A stretch of DNA of 14,609 nucleotides, taken from NCBI GenBank assembly GCA_016840035.1, contig JAEOTC010000211.1:1-14609 (forward strand), written 5' to 3'. Positions 1 through 8,325 of the stretch are shown here, piece by piece. The notes under the pieces were generated by a model. It was not told where the DNA came from. It saw only the letters and a program-made list of their open reading frames with translations, and made no database searches. Every line of letters starts with the position of its first letter. The stretch's first letter is position 1. The translations under genes were made by a program, and so were the position numbers. This DNA is from Candidatus Hodarchaeota archaeon. GTDB lineage: Archaea; Asgardarchaeota; Heimdallarchaeia; Hodarchaeales; Hodarchaeaceae.

Positions 1-1875
1 AAACCGTACTTGACTCCCATATATGCCTATAACCTCAACGGTAGTATTTAACATTGAATATTGGTATGCCGATTCACGAAATAAATGCTCGAGGACAAGA
101 TTATCTCCTACATCAACATCTAGCTCGGTAGCTGTTTTTCTAGAGATAATAAGCCCGGGATGGTCTGGACTATTATCGATATCCCCTTCACTAAGCTCTG
201 GGGACCAAATCTCATTTTCCAGATCAAGAAAATGGATACTAAGGGTGAAAGAGTCTTCAGTCCCAATGATTTTTCCAGGAATTTCTATTGCTGGAACTGA
301 TTTTGCAATTTTTGAATTTCCAGTAATGTTGTTAATGACTTCTGAGGTTTCATTATAGAAGTCGTTCAATCCAACATGTAATCTATCAGGAGAATTTCCT
401 TCCATTATGGTTTGCTCCACATCTAATAAGTGTGCACCACCATCAAGTAGAGCAAGAATTGCGATAAGGACAGATAGTGATAATGCCACTCCCATGACTG
501 TTGAAAAAGTCCGTCGAGGATTACGTGCAAAATTGCGAAAGGGAAGTTGTAAGAAAATTGAACCTGGAAAATGAATTCGCTCGAGTAGAGGAGCAGCACC
601 TTTTCCAGTTGATAATGTATACCCTGTTTGAATTGCTTCAATAGGTCTGACTCGTGTAGCACGAATGATTGGGATCACTGTGGCAGAAAAAGGAATTATT
701 ACTCCCAGTAACGCACCTTGGATGAAAAGATCGACAACCAACCACTCTTTCCAAACTGGAAAGGGAATAACATCTGCTAGGACTGATCCAAGTCTCTCTC
801 CTAGAAATTGGGAAAGGAGGAATCCAAAAAACACTCCTCCAAGAGCAATCTCGAGAGAGAAGATCAGATAGCGAATCGCAAATTGAAATGGGGGAGCGCC
901 TAGAGCCATATTAATTCCAATTTGACGTCGATGAGAATTAATTACCCGAGAAACTAAATTAAATGTACCAAAAGCGGCAGCCAGAAGAATTAGAAATGAG
1001 ATGATAAAATACATCTGTTGATCATTAGGAATATCCTCTTTTTGGATTCTGTATGCTGGATAATCATCCTTTTCAGTAAATTTCACATCTATTGTTGGAA
1101 AGTATGTACTGAATGCATCAGTAATCTCATCCTGTAAGATTTGAAGGTTGGTATCTGAAGATAACAGAAATAATGCCTCATTCACATAACCGAAAGGTAA
1201 TCCAACCTGATAATGGAGAATCTGTTGTGCAGTCTCAATTGGAATAAACAAACCACAAAAGACTGACTCTGCTTTTACTGCATTCCCTTCAATTACCATA
1301 AAATACTCTGGACTTAGTCCAGTTCCCACACATGATAGGTTGATCCCTCCTGGAAGTATCAAATTCCGATTTTCAGGAATAACATTATAGTATTGTGCAA
1401 AATTATATTCCGCAATACATACAGATGCATTTGTCTCAGAAGAGTTAATATGTCTTCCATCAATTACCTCTATCCCGTTTACCTTCAAATTCTGTGATCC
1501 TGAAGTTACATTTATTCCAATAATTCTTCCATTCACTAAAATCGTTTGATTCGCGGTTGAGGCATTGACAGAAATTGGAAAAACAACTCTAAATTCAATT
1601 TCCTCTAGCCATTCCGCATGAGAAAGATTATCTAATGCAGTCTGAAATTGAGTTTGATTTATCCAGCTGCCAGGAGCTAATTCCACCTTTAGATCAAACA
1701 TATGCAGTTTTTCATTGCTTTGGTCGAAAGCATACTGCCTCCATTCTGTAGTCCCACTTAGCCCCACGTAAGCACCAGTCCCAAGTCCAATGATTAATGA
1801 TAAAGCTAGAACTTGGAACTTCCGTTCACGCAAGTCTCGGATTGACCAGCGTAGTAAAAACGTTAATTGTGCCAC
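1..1875 (-). CDS. FtsX/MacB-family ABC transporter permease with duplicated halves; 3'-partial (runs off window start)
   Basis: Hand translation from GTG at 1875 (GGTGA SD-like motif just upstream): MAQLTFLLRWSIRDLRERKFQVLALSLIIGLGTGAYVG..., a large extracytoplasmic domain, the FtsX-type motif 'SHRRQIGINMALG', and a second-half start 'FRNFARNPRRTFSTVMGVAL'. No stop found in the stretches translated, including 1-540. Starts 4 bp after the ATPase stop. Confidence 0.9.
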   Translation of the reverse strand, partial: MAQLTFLLRWSIRDLRERKFQVLALSLIIGLGTGAYVGLSGTTEWRQYAFDQSNEKLHMFDLKVELAPGSWINQTQFQTALDNLSHAEWLEEIEFRVVFPISVNASTANQTILVNGRIIGINVTSGSQNLKVNGIEVIDGRHINSSETNASVCIAEYNFAQYYNVIPENRNLILPGGINLSCVGTGLSPEYFMVIEGNAVKAESVFCGLFIPIETAQQILHYQVGLPFGYVNEALFLLSSDTNLQILQDEITDAFSTYFPTIDVKFTEKDDYPAYRIQKEDIPNDQQMYFIISFLILLAAAFGTFNLVSRVINSHRRQIGINMALGAPPFQFAIRYLIFSLEIALGGVFFGFLLSQFLGERLGSVLADVIPFPVWKEWLVVDLFIQGALLGVIIPFSATVIPIIRATRVRPIEAIQTGYTLSTGKGAAPLLERIHFPGSIFLQLPFRNFARNPRRTFSTVMGVALSLSVLIAILALLDGGAHLLDVEQTIMEGNSPDRLHVGLNDFYNETSEVINNITGNSKIAKSVPAIEIPGKIIGTEDSFTLSIHFLDLENEIWSPELSEGDIDNSPDHPGLIISRKTATELDVDVGDNLVLEHLFRESAYQYSMLNTTVEVIGIYGSQVRF

Positions 1876-1879
1876 TTCA

Positions 1880-2599
1880 TCACCATTCAAGCTTATCTAT
1901 ACTAACAGTTCCATCTTTTGGAGGGCCATCTGAAACTATTCTCCCAGCTTGTAATTCTATTACTCGATGCGCCAATCTTGAAATTTCTCTATTGTGGGTA
2001 ACAATCAACACCGTTTTTCTCATTTGTTTCTGTTCAACAAGAAGACGTAAAATCTGTCGTCCAGTTCTAAAATCAAGTTCTCCTGTGGGTTCATCAGCTA
2101 AAATAATGGGGGCATCTTTAACAAGAGCACGAGCAATGGCAACACGTTGTTGTTCACCTCCGGAGAGCTGGTGAGGAAAATGACGAATTCGTTCCCCCAA
2201 TCCGACCGTTTGTAACGATTCAATCGCTTTTTGTTTACTATGCTTGATTTTTGCTAGATCTGCAACATACTGTACATTTTCTAAGGCTGATAATGTCGGA
2301 AACAGATTGAAGGTCTGAAAGATAAAGCCTATCGTTTCACGTCTGTATGTAAATTGTTTCTGGCGTTTTATTCGACTAATATCGTTTGTTCCCACATGAA
2401 TAGTTCCACTAGTGGCGTTTTCCAGCGCACCAATTAGATTTAACAGTGTTGTTTTTCCTGATCCAGAAGGGCCGAGGACTACTACAACCTCTCCATGATC
2501 GATATTGACTGAAAAGTTATCCAAGGCTTTAACGATAGAACTGCTACCCATCACATAATGTTTGGAAACATTCTGTAGGCGTATATTGAAATTACTCAT
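1880..2599 (-). CDS. ABC transporter ATP-binding protein, LolD/MacB/SalX type
   Basis: Walker A GPSGSGKT, 'GFIFQTFNL', signature LSGGEQQRV, Walker B/D-loop ILADEPTGELD, H-loop VTH; directly upstream of the permease. Confidence 0.95.
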   Translation of the reverse strand: MSNFNIRLQNVSKHYVMGSSSIVKALDNFSVNIDHGEVVVVLGPSGSGKTTLLNLIGALENATSGTIHVGTNDISRIKRQKQFTYRRETIGFIFQTFNLFPTLSALENVQYVADLAKIKHSKQKAIESLQTVGLGERIRHFPHQLSGGEQQRVAIARALVKDAPIILADEPTGELDFRTGRQILRLLVEQKQMRKTVLIVTHNREISRLAHRVIELQAGRIVSDGPPKDGTVSIDKLEW

Positions 2600-2787
2600 C
2601 GTTTTTCAAGATTAGGTATGAATGATAAAAATACTTGTTGAACAAACACTTAAACGACGCAAGATAAAAACATATTTTTATGGACATTCAGTAATTCTTG
2701 GTATACACAATCTACTAGAATTTAATTCCATTAAAATTGATCTACTTTCAGATTTAAGTCGTAAAACAAGGAAGATTTGTCGCTAAA

Positions 2788-3930
2788 ATGACTAGAATTA
2801 AAATTGCTTGTATAGGTGGGGATTTTGTTGGTCCAGAAGTAATAAACGAGGGAATCAAGGTTCTAGATTGTCTAGCAGAGTTATCCGATATAAATTTCGA
2901 TTTACTTGAAATTGAAGGAGGAGGAAATTACTACTTAAAACATGGACGGGAATGGCCAGATGGTTCGTATGAGATCTGTACCGAAGCCGACGCAATTTTA
3001 TTAGGTGCTATAGGACATCCCAAAGCCAGACTCCCTGATAATAACATTGCAGGTGCTAATATTGTGTTAGGTCTCCGATTTGGATTAGATCTATACGCTA
3101 ATATCAGACCCACCAAATTATATGATGGAGTAAAACATAAAGTCTCAGAGAAATTTCTAAATGTCTGGAACCCCTCTAATATTAATTTTACTATAATTAG
3201 GGAAAATACAGAGGGATTATACTCATCTGCATTTCCTAAAAGTCCAGAAGATATTGAAAGTGCGAGTAAGATCATTGATAATCGAATAATAACTCAAGAA
3301 AAATCTCAAAGAATCATTAAGTTCGCATTCGAGTATACTAAAACCAACAGCGTTGGTTCTCCCATGGATGGAAGAAAAAGGTTGACTGCAATTCATAAAA
3401 ATAACTTACTTCGAGGATGTCAGCTTTTTACCAAAGAATTTTATTCTATCGCATCAGAATATTCCAACATTGAAGCTAATGACATATTAGTTGACGCATT
3501 CACTCAAGATATCTTAAGGTCGCCAGAAAAATATTCTGTATGTGTTACGACAAATATGTTTGGTGACATTCTCACAGATCTAGTTAGTGTTATGGCTGGG
3601 GGGATGGGAATGGCTCCTTCGGGACAGATTAACGGCTGGTTACCAAGTTCGAATGGGATGTTTGAACCAATTCATGGAAGTGCTCCTGATATTGCTGGAA
3701 AAGGAATTGCAAATCCTCTTGCTACAATTCTGGCAATTTCCATGATGCTAGAATGGTTAAGCCAGAAAAGAAAGTCAAGTAAACTGTCAAACATCGCACA
3801 AAATGTAGAAAACGCAGTCCAAGATTTATTACGAGAACGAAAATACCTTCCAATTGATCTTGGTGGAAGGACTAAGACTAGTAATATTGGAACCAGGATT
3901 TGTGAATTAATAAAACTAAAATCCCCCTGA
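2788..3930 (+). CDS. Isocitrate/isopropylmalate dehydrogenase family protein (LeuB/tartrate/homoisocitrate-like; substrate uncertain)
   Basis: GDFVGPEV (GDGIGPEV variant), LRFGLDLYANIRP, RENTEGLY, NMFGDILTD, FEPIHGSAPDIAGKGIANP. Confidence 0.92.
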   Translation: MTRIKIACIGGDFVGPEVINEGIKVLDCLAELSDINFDLLEIEGGGNYYLKHGREWPDGSYEICTEADAILLGAIGHPKARLPDNNIAGANIVLGLRFGLDLYANIRPTKLYDGVKHKVSEKFLNVWNPSNINFTIIRENTEGLYSSAFPKSPEDIESASKIIDNRIITQEKSQRIIKFAFEYTKTNSVGSPMDGRKRLTAIHKNNLLRGCQLFTKEFYSIASEYSNIEANDILVDAFTQDILRSPEKYSVCVTTNMFGDILTDLVSVMAGGMGMAPSGQINGWLPSSNGMFEPIHGSAPDIAGKGIANPLATILAISMMLEWLSQKRKSSKLSNIAQNVENAVQDLLRERKYLPIDLGGRTKTSNIGTRICELIKLKSP

Positions 3931-3958
3931 TCTAATAGTAAACCTGTTCATCCTCTGA

Positions 3959-5107
3959 CTATCTACTCTTCCCACTCTTTAATCTTTCAACTATTTCGCG
4001 TATTATCCGCAAATATTCTTCTTCCTGATCATATAACATATCTTCAGTCTTAGATAGATTGAGGAAGAACAATTTCGCAACCATCTCACTTGAATTTATA
4101 CCGGTGGCTCGTACCCACCGTTTAATTTTATCAATTTCGATACTAGCTGGAAAAGTGTTCCAAGAATTATATAAGCGAACTAAAAGCTGGTTCTGACGCT
4201 TTGAAAAGCTTAAATTCTTGCTTACGCTTTCAAAATGAGATTCTTTTACCTTAGAGGTATTTGAAAATATTAATAAAATCCCAAATAATCGAATAATCTC
4301 ATCCTTAAACTCTAGGGAACAGAATGTCTCTATCAAGGTAGGAAGTTGCTTACCAGATTTAAAGGAAAGTATAAATGGATAACCAGGGAATATTCCCTGA
4401 AAAATCTTATTGTGCAATAATAATGAGAGCCCACTTTGAATGGCCTGGACACGTAGAAATTTAAACAATTCAAGTTGAATTACTCGGATGCTTCTAAACT
4501 TAATAGATTCACCAATTGATTGAACAGCCGATAGGATCTCGGGTTCTGGAGTAAGATCAAACTTTGACATAAACCTGGCTAATCGAATGATTCTTAACCC
4601 ATCTTCTCTAAGTCGAATACTTGGATTTCCTATCATGCTAAGCGAATGATTTTGGATATCATCCCACCCTCCATAATAATCGACTATAGTTTGATTTTGT
4701 GGATCATAAAGAATTGAATTTATCCGAAAATCACGTCTAATCAAATCATCATTAAGTGATTCTACAAAGGTAATATTAGGAGGTTTTCCATAAGTAGTAA
4801 AAGTCTCTCTTCTGTATGTACTAATGTCAAACGCTTCTTTTCCAGCAATAGCTAGTACAGTGCCAAATTTTCCCCCTATAGGTTTAGTTTTGATATTAAC
4901 ATTACTTAACCAGTTAATAATCTGTTCAGGAAGAGCATTTGTTGCAACATCATAATCTTTAACTGGATGATCACATAAGAAATCACGAACCGCCCCTCCA
5001 ATAATATAAACTTCCTTTCCATGCTGTTGGAGTGTGTGGATGATTTTAGTTAATGCGGGGCCTAATAATTTTGAGAATTCTTCTCCTTTTTGTTTCAAAT
5101 CGGTCAC
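3959..5107 (-). CDS. cca: Class II tRNA nucleotidyltransferase (CCA-adding enzyme / PolyA_pol family), no obvious HD domain
   Basis: Motif A GGAVRD...KDYD, basic/acidic motif RRE followed by the flexible loop, motif B RRDF, motif C DYYGG, motif D EDGLR. GTG start. Confidence 0.85.
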   Translation of the reverse strand: MTDLKQKGEEFSKLLGPALTKIIHTLQQHGKEVYIIGGAVRDFLCDHPVKDYDVATNALPEQIINWLSNVNIKTKPIGGKFGTVLAIAGKEAFDISTYRRETFTTYGKPPNITFVESLNDDLIRRDFRINSILYDPQNQTIVDYYGGWDDIQNHSLSMIGNPSIRLREDGLRIIRLARFMSKFDLTPEPEILSAVQSIGESIKFRSIRVIQLELFKFLRVQAIQSGLSLLLHNKIFQGIFPGYPFILSFKSGKQLPTLIETFCSLEFKDEIIRLFGILLIFSNTSKVKESHFESVSKNLSFSKRQNQLLVRLYNSWNTFPASIEIDKIKRWVRATGINSSEMVAKLFFLNLSKTEDMLYDQEEEYLRIIREIVERLKSGKSR

Positions 5108-5245
5108 TATGTCAACTCACATAGGAGTCATTAGCTTAAACAGAGTGATAATAAAATCGGATTTTACTTTTTCGTTCATTCAGAGCATGAAATTTCAATC
5201 TAAAGGAATAAATTCTTTCCTACTGGTGAGCTAGGACGAGTACCA

Positions 5246-5971
5246 ATGATTCCTTCTGAAGCAAGAATTACAATAATCTCCGGTTCAGGTATATCTAAAG
5301 CCTCAGGTATTCCCACATTCCGAGGAAAAGATGGATTATGGAAAAATTACGACTTCATGGAACTAGCTACCCCAAAAGCATTTAGAACCAACCCCCAACT
5401 TGTATGGGAATGGTATTATTGGAGATTGGGTTTGATTTCCCAAACTAACCCCAATAAAGCCCATCTAGCTCTGAAATCATTAGAGGATGCAGAGTATGAT
5501 ATCGTAATCCTCACCCAAAATGTTGACAATCTACATGAACGAGCTGGGTCAAGTAGAGTCTATCATCTTCATGGGGAGATATACAAGAGACGTTGTATTC
5601 AATGTAACGATGTCTCTTACTGGGATGCTTCAGCCGATTTTGAGAATCCAATTGTTCCCAAGTGTACAAAATGTGATTCTATGCTTAGACCAAGTGTAGT
5701 ATGGTTTAATGAAACATTAGATCCCAATATTGTGGAAAAATCATATAGTAGACTACAAGAAACAGATCTTTTACTAATCGTAGGGACATCAGGATTAGTC
5801 TATCCCGTCGCTAACTTTCCTTTCATTGCTAAACAAGAAAATCGACAGATAGAAATTATTGAATTTAATATAGAATCTACCCCTTTATCTTCGATGGCAA
5901 ATAAAACGGTCCTAGGCCCAGTAGAAGATACTCTTCCCAAATTCGTTTTTGAGATAATCAAAGACTCATAA
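5246..5971 (+). CDS. cobB: NAD-dependent protein deacylase, class III sirtuin (CobB/SIRT5-like)
   Basis: GSGISKASGIPTFRG, TQNVDNLHERAG, HG, two CxxC Zn motifs, RPSVVWFNE, VGTSGLVYP; YxxR in 'WYYWR' is typical of desuccinylases. Confidence 0.93.
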   Translation: MIPSEARITIISGSGISKASGIPTFRGKDGLWKNYDFMELATPKAFRTNPQLVWEWYYWRLGLISQTNPNKAHLALKSLEDAEYDIVILTQNVDNLHERAGSSRVYHLHGEIYKRRCIQCNDVSYWDASADFENPIVPKCTKCDSMLRPSVVWFNETLDPNIVEKSYSRLQETDLLLIVGTSGLVYPVANFPFIAKQENRQIEIIEFNIESTPLSSMANKTVLGPVEDTLPKFVFEIIKDS

Positions 5972-5994
5972 AAATGATTTAGCATATCTATTAA

Positions 5995-6092
5995 GTGGGG
6001 GAGGGAGTGGTATGCTAGGATTTCTGTATCCTAAGATCCAGAGCTTGAGAGAAGACCAAGATTTCTATTTAAAAATTTCCTAGCATACCAAC
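5995..6092 (-). ncRNA. Candidate small structured RNA closed by the 13-bp stem, with a C-rich 3' tail
   Basis: Minus-strand TTATATA (6120-6114) preceded by A-rich AAAATC would place a start at about 6089-6092, i.e. at the stem start; the tail is CUCCCUCCCCCAC. No known RNA family recognised. Confidence 0.3.
6008..6090. repeat. Perfect 13-bp inverted repeat with 57-nt spacer in convergent intergenic region
   Basis: TGGTATGCTAGGA (6008-6020) and TCCTAGCATACCA (6078-6090) are exact reverse complements. Confidence 0.9.
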
Positions 6093-6222
6093 TTATTTCT
6101 AGGAGCTTCTTCCTATATAAGATTTTAGACTTTGAAGAGATATAAGGGATGCGGAAAATCGATCTTATGCATTATTTCTGTTCAACTAGCATATTCCTGA
6201 ATCTTTCCTCTCTCAATTTACC

Positions 6223-6765
6223 CTATTTGAAGCATTCTTGCAATAAAGCCATCGCCACGATGGTTTTACCATCCTTTATTTCACCTGCAAGTATCTTCTC
6301 ATTAATTTCTGCGAGAGAGAGGATTTCTAAACGAGAAATTTCATCCGAAGGATATTCGTAATCAGGAATTTGCGTGAGTGATGTACTTTTGAAGAAGTGC
6401 AATTTTTCATCACTATACCCAATCGCAGGGACATAAGTTAAAAGAAAATCAAGATTGTTGGGTTCGTAGCCTGTTTCTTCCACCATTTCTCTATAGGCGC
6501 ACTCCTCTGCTGTTTCCCCCTCATCGATCTTTCCAGCTGGAATCTCCAATGTTTCTTCCTGGATGGAATACCTAAACTGTTTGACAAGTAATATTCGACC
6601 ATCATCTAGAATGGGTATTACTGCTGATGCATCAGGATGGAGAACGCGAATCCGCTCGGTTATTCGTCCAGAGGGTAATTTTGCTTCATCGAGATTGACA
6701 GAAAATGATTTGGCCTTTATTGTTGAAACTGTTCTTAATTTTTCTTCTTTTGGCATAAAATTCAC
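6223..6765 (-). CDS. nudF: Nudix hydrolase, ADP-ribose pyrophosphatase (NudF-like)
   Basis: Nudix box GKIDEGETAEECAYREMVEETGY, upstream LLVKQFRY and EIPAG, downstream proline (VPAIGYSDE). The start may be ATG at 6756. Confidence 0.88.
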   Translation of the reverse strand: MNFMPKEEKLRTVSTIKAKSFSVNLDEAKLPSGRITERIRVLHPDASAVIPILDDGRILLVKQFRYSIQEETLEIPAGKIDEGETAEECAYREMVEETGYEPNNLDFLLTYVPAIGYSDEKLHFFKSTSLTQIPDYEYPSDEISRLEILSLAEINEKILAGEIKDGKTIVAMALLQECFK

Positions 6766-6789
6766 TTCTTACATGGGAGGATGATAAAT

Positions 6790-8325
6790 TTAGTATTGTT
6801 TCCCGACGTATACGAAGCATTTGGCTGGTTTTCCACAAATAAAGCATGTTTCCTTTTTTGAGGGAACTTTTTTCTCTTGAACATCAATTCCTCGTACTTC
6901 AGCCCCAGCTAGTTGATCCTTTATCTCCTCTGCACACGGTTCTCCGTCTAAGTCAATACTACACCAGGGAATTTTCACCATTTTTCGTGCTTTAATGTGC
7001 TCTACCAGTTCATCAAGTGTTTTCGCCTGACTTAATTTGGAATCAAAGAGTTTCTGAGCACGTTCTTTGATCGATTTGTTCAGATCGATGCTTAAATCTT
7101 TGATGGTTTCTTCTAAGTCAGCTTTCGCGACTAGAGTCTTTTCACGATTATCACGTCTAAAAACAGTGACTTTCCCTTCTTGTGCTTCTCTTCGACCTAA
7201 TTCAAGTCGTAAAGGAACTCCTTTCATTTCCCAAAAGTAATATTTATCTCCAGGACGTTTATCAGAATCATCGACTTGGACTCGATATCCCATGCTCCTC
7301 ACAAGAGAACGTAACTCTTCAGCATAGGCTTTTACTTTTGCTGCTTGTTTCTTGGCCAATATTGGTACAATAATTACTTGAATAGGAGCTACTTCAAATG
7401 GAAAAATTAGTCCTGAATCATCTCCATGGACGGCAATCATACCCCCAAATATTCGGGAGATGGCTGGACCATAGCAGGTTTGGTATGCGGGATGGGATTC
7501 TCCTTCTTCATCCATGTAATTAATTCCAAAGGCTTTGGAGAACTTATCTCCTAATAAATGAGTAGAGGGCAACTGTAGAAACCGACCATCAGGCATCAAT
7601 GTATCTGCAGCATATGTGTGAACTGCACCAGCAAATTTATCCCATTCTGGTCTTTGAAATTGAATAAAGGGGATACAAAATCGTCCATTCATTACATTAA
7701 TAGAGATCTGCATATCTTCACGAGTTTGTGCCTCGGCCTCTTTCATAGTGGTAAACACATTATGTGATTCGATCCATATAAATTCTCTACCACGAAGAAA
7801 TGGTCGAGTTGACTTACCCTCGTATCTAAAGACACTTCCACTTTGGTATAATTTCAATGGTAGATCCCTCCAGCTCCTAATCCATAAAGCATAAAGGGGA
7901 TACATAGCCGTTTCTGAGGTTGGACGAAGGGCTAACCGCTCCTCAAGGATATCTCCCTTGCCCGCAGTTGTAACCCAGAATACTTCAGGTGTGAATCCCT
8001 CAACATGATCTTGCTCGATTTGGAAGTTTGATTCTGGAATAACCATAGGAAAGATGACAGGATTATGACCAAAATCATTAAGTTCTTGTTCGTAAAGATC
8101 GAACATCTTCTTTATTGCAATAGTTGACCACGGCTGATAGACCAAAAATCCTTTTACTCCATACCGCATATCAGCTAGTTCAGCGATTTGCACAATTTTT
8201 GTAAACCACTCTGAAAAGTTTTTTTCCTTAGAAATATTAAATGTAACAAGAGTTAAATCCTCTTTTACTTGAGATTCTTTCACTGGTGATTTTTTTGTTG
8301 TTTTCTTCGTTTTTTTCTTCGTCAT
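6790..8325 (-). CDS. proS: Proline--tRNA ligase, archaeal/eukaryotic type
   Basis: HVEGFTPEVFWVT, LRPTSET, motif 2 FRYE..TRPFLRGREF, anticodon domain 'PGDKYYFWEMKGVPLRLELG', C-terminal Cys4 Zn domain ending in Tyr (KQY); no INS editing domain. Confidence 0.97.
   Translation of the reverse strand: MTKKKTKKTTKKSPVKESQVKEDLTLVTFNISKEKNFSEWFTKIVQIAELADMRYGVKGFLVYQPWSTIAIKKMFDLYEQELNDFGHNPVIFPMVIPESNFQIEQDHVEGFTPEVFWVTTAGKGDILEERLALRPTSETAMYPLYALWIRSWRDLPLKLYQSGSVFRYEGKSTRPFLRGREFIWIESHNVFTTMKEAEAQTREDMQISINVMNGRFCIPFIQFQRPEWDKFAGAVHTYAADTLMPDGRFLQLPSTHLLGDKFSKAFGINYMDEEGESHPAYQTCYGPAISRIFGGMIAVHGDDSGLIFPFEVAPIQVIIVPILAKKQAAKVKAYAEELRSLVRSMGYRVQVDDSDKRPGDKYYFWEMKGVPLRLELGRREAQEGKVTVFRRDNREKTLVAKADLEETIKDLSIDLNKSIKERAQKLFDSKLSQAKTLDELVEHIKARKMVKIPWCSIDLDGEPCAEEIKDQLAGAEVRGIDVQEKKVPSKKETCFICGKPAKCFVYVGKQY

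Noticed and set aside
23-871. Short ORFs 23-358 (+), 423-662 (-) and 665-871 (+)
   Set aside because: They are shadows of the long minus-strand permease frame, which the track missed because it has no stop in the window.
1797-2174. 125-aa plus-strand ORF
   Set aside because: Antisense to the conserved ABC ATPase core; a typical shadow ORF.
2664-2734. AT-only inverted repeats in the divergent ATPase/dehydrogenase promoter region (ATAAAAA-cata-TTTTTAT; TTTAAT-tcc-ATTAAA)
   Set aside because: Low complexity; expected by chance at this base composition.
5246-5971. Sirtuin as an anti-phage SIR2 NADase
   Set aside because: It is a complete Zn-binding class III deacylase with no defence partner genes.
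5972-6222. CRISPR, tRNA, SECIS, C/D-box or retron interpretation of the intergenic element
   Set aside because: The repeats are only 7 bp, and there is no cloverleaf, no in-frame UGA selenoprotein nearby, no C/D box pair and no reverse transcriptase in the window.
2931-7373. Small ORFs 2931-3275, 5034-5234, 5800-5985, 6149-6361, 6563-6784 and 7182-7373
   Set aside because: They overlap well-supported genes on the opposite strand and have no recognisable motifs.
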